Below, piece after piece: positions 63,192-64,000 of a stretch of DNA of 64,000 nucleotides. A model generated the notes under the pieces. It saw only the letters and a program-made list of their open reading frames with translations, was not told the origin of the DNA and did no database searches. Source of the DNA: Bacteroidetes bacterium UBA5697 (GTDB taxonomy: Bacteria > Bacteroidota > Bacteroidia > B-17B0 > Aurantibacillaceae). Position 1 is the first letter of the stretch. Each line of letters opens with the position of its first letter. Location: the NCBI GenBank assembly GCA_002420145.1, contig DIHL01000021.1, forward strand, positions 13,112-77,111, written 5' to 3'. The translations under genes and the position numbers were made by a program.

Positions 63192-64000
63192 CTAGATGAA
63201 TTTAAAACCATCATCTAGTTTAAAGCCACGTAAAAATTCTTCAACGAGCATTCTTTTTTTACCAGCCATTTGCAATTCTTTAATATGTATAAAGCCATTG
63301 CTACAAGCCACTTTCAAAAAGGTTTTACCGTCACTCTTCACCTCACCTGCATTATGCGTACGTTGCGTTTCTTCAATCTCTGATGTAAATATTTTCACAC
63401 CCAATGTTTGATTGTTCTTATCCACAAACTCTGTAAAGGCAGCTGGATAAGGCGATAAGCCTCGTATTAAATTATATATTTTTTCGGCAGGATTGTTCCA
63501 ATTAATTTTGCAAGTCTCTTTAAATAATTTTGGTGCATGAATACTTTGCGAATCGTCTTGTGGTTTTAATTCATAATTACCACTCTCTATTGCTTTCACT
63601 GTTTTTAAAATAACCTCTGCTCCTACTTTCATTAAAGTATCATGCAATTCGCCCGCAGTCGTCGTTTTAGTAATCGGTGCTTTTTCTTGAAACAACATAT
63701 TACCTGTATCAATCTCATGCTTTAATTTAAAGCTTGTCACCCCACTTTCTGTTTCTCCATTAATCACTGCCCAATTAATAGGCGCAGCACCTCTGTATTT
63801 AGGTAATAAAGAACCATGCAAATTATAAGTGCCTAGTGGCGGCATATTCCAAACCACTTCGGGTAACATTCTAAAAGCAACCACAATTTGTAAATCAGCT
63901 TTTAATTCTTTGAGTTCATTAATAAATGCTTCGTCCTTTAGTTTTTCGGGTTGCAAAACTTTTAGACCTTTTTCTAAAGCATATTTTTTTACAGCCGATT
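63192..64000 (-). CDS. fmt: Methionyl-tRNA formyltransferase (5' end beyond the window)
   Basis: The motifs are NLHGSLLPKYRGAAPINWAVINGE and the C-terminal Fmt domain. The reading frame stays open upstream of the track start to position 64000 (..SAVKKYALEKGLKVLQPEKL). Confidence 0.9.
   Translation of the reverse strand, partial: SAVKKYALEKGLKVLQPEKLKDEAFINELKELKADLQIVVAFRMLPEVVWNMPPLGTYNLHGSLLPKYRGAAPINWAVINGETESGVTSFKLKHEIDTGNMLFQEKAPITKTTTAGELHDTLMKVGAEVILKTVKAIESGNYELKPQDDSQSIHAPKLFKETCKINWNNPAEKIYNLIRGLSPYPAAFTEFVDKNNQTLGVKIFTSEIEETQRTHNAGEVKSDGKTFLKVACSNGFIHIKELQMAGKKRMLVEEFLRGFKLDDGFKFI

Overview
This is a 64-kb segment of a low-GC Bacteroidota chromosome, Flavobacteriia/Cytophagia-like. 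The taxon is inferred from exact TAnnTTTG -7 promoter boxes, a T9SS C-terminal sorting-domain protein, a GWxTD protein, rpsU-xerC-hpf synteny and several families of short GC-rich palindromic repeats. I count about 60 protein genes and one tRNA. I saw no rRNA, CRISPR array or transposase. Core content in order: a two-component cluster (1-6.4 kb); purT; a phenylacetate-CoA oxygenase cluster (paaE / paaABC..D..G) interrupted by unrelated small genes and a histidine kinase (10-17.5 kb); a MORN-repeat protein; rpsU-xerC-hpf; a CrtI-like oxidoreductase; a GT2+GWxTD pair; an HxlR/DoxX pair; a class III PHA cluster (phaB, phaJ-like, phaE, phaC) beside a V4R-domain histidine kinase (34.8-40.3 kb); ABC and ABC-F ATPases; udk; a TPR-SpoIIE phosphatase; a cytochrome c / Mqn-type radical-SAM / GT2 operon; a 2315-aa TPR-PD40-coiled-coil-3xSPOR giant protein (52.2-59.1 kb); clpS; an M48 peptidase; DUF58; HU; fmt. 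The one clear accessory region, and my best candidate for an undescribed system, is a ~6.5-kb integrative element in tRNA-Ser(UGA) at 26986-33595, bounded by a perfect 65-bp direct repeat. It carries an integrase, a RadC-like JAB protein, an AAA_24-like ATPase, a DUF3871/DUF932-like protein, a 479-nt hairpin-rich non-coding region, a small wHTH protein and a membrane protein. It has arm-type repeats at both ends and an outward-facing consensus promoter at its right end. It has no virion, conjugation or transposition genes. Other notable signals: a 21-nt GC-rich palindrome apparently inserted in frame in a gamma-carbonic-anhydrase-like gene; a dispersed inverted-repeat family that supplies the C-terminus and stop codon of one gene; an (AT)23 microsatellite in the promoter region of one of two paralogous small proteins; a recurring TACGAAT motif in the PHA intergenic regions; and a 138-nt inverted-repeat-bounded element next to HU. 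All functional calls rest on my own motif recognition in the translated ORFs, not on database searches.
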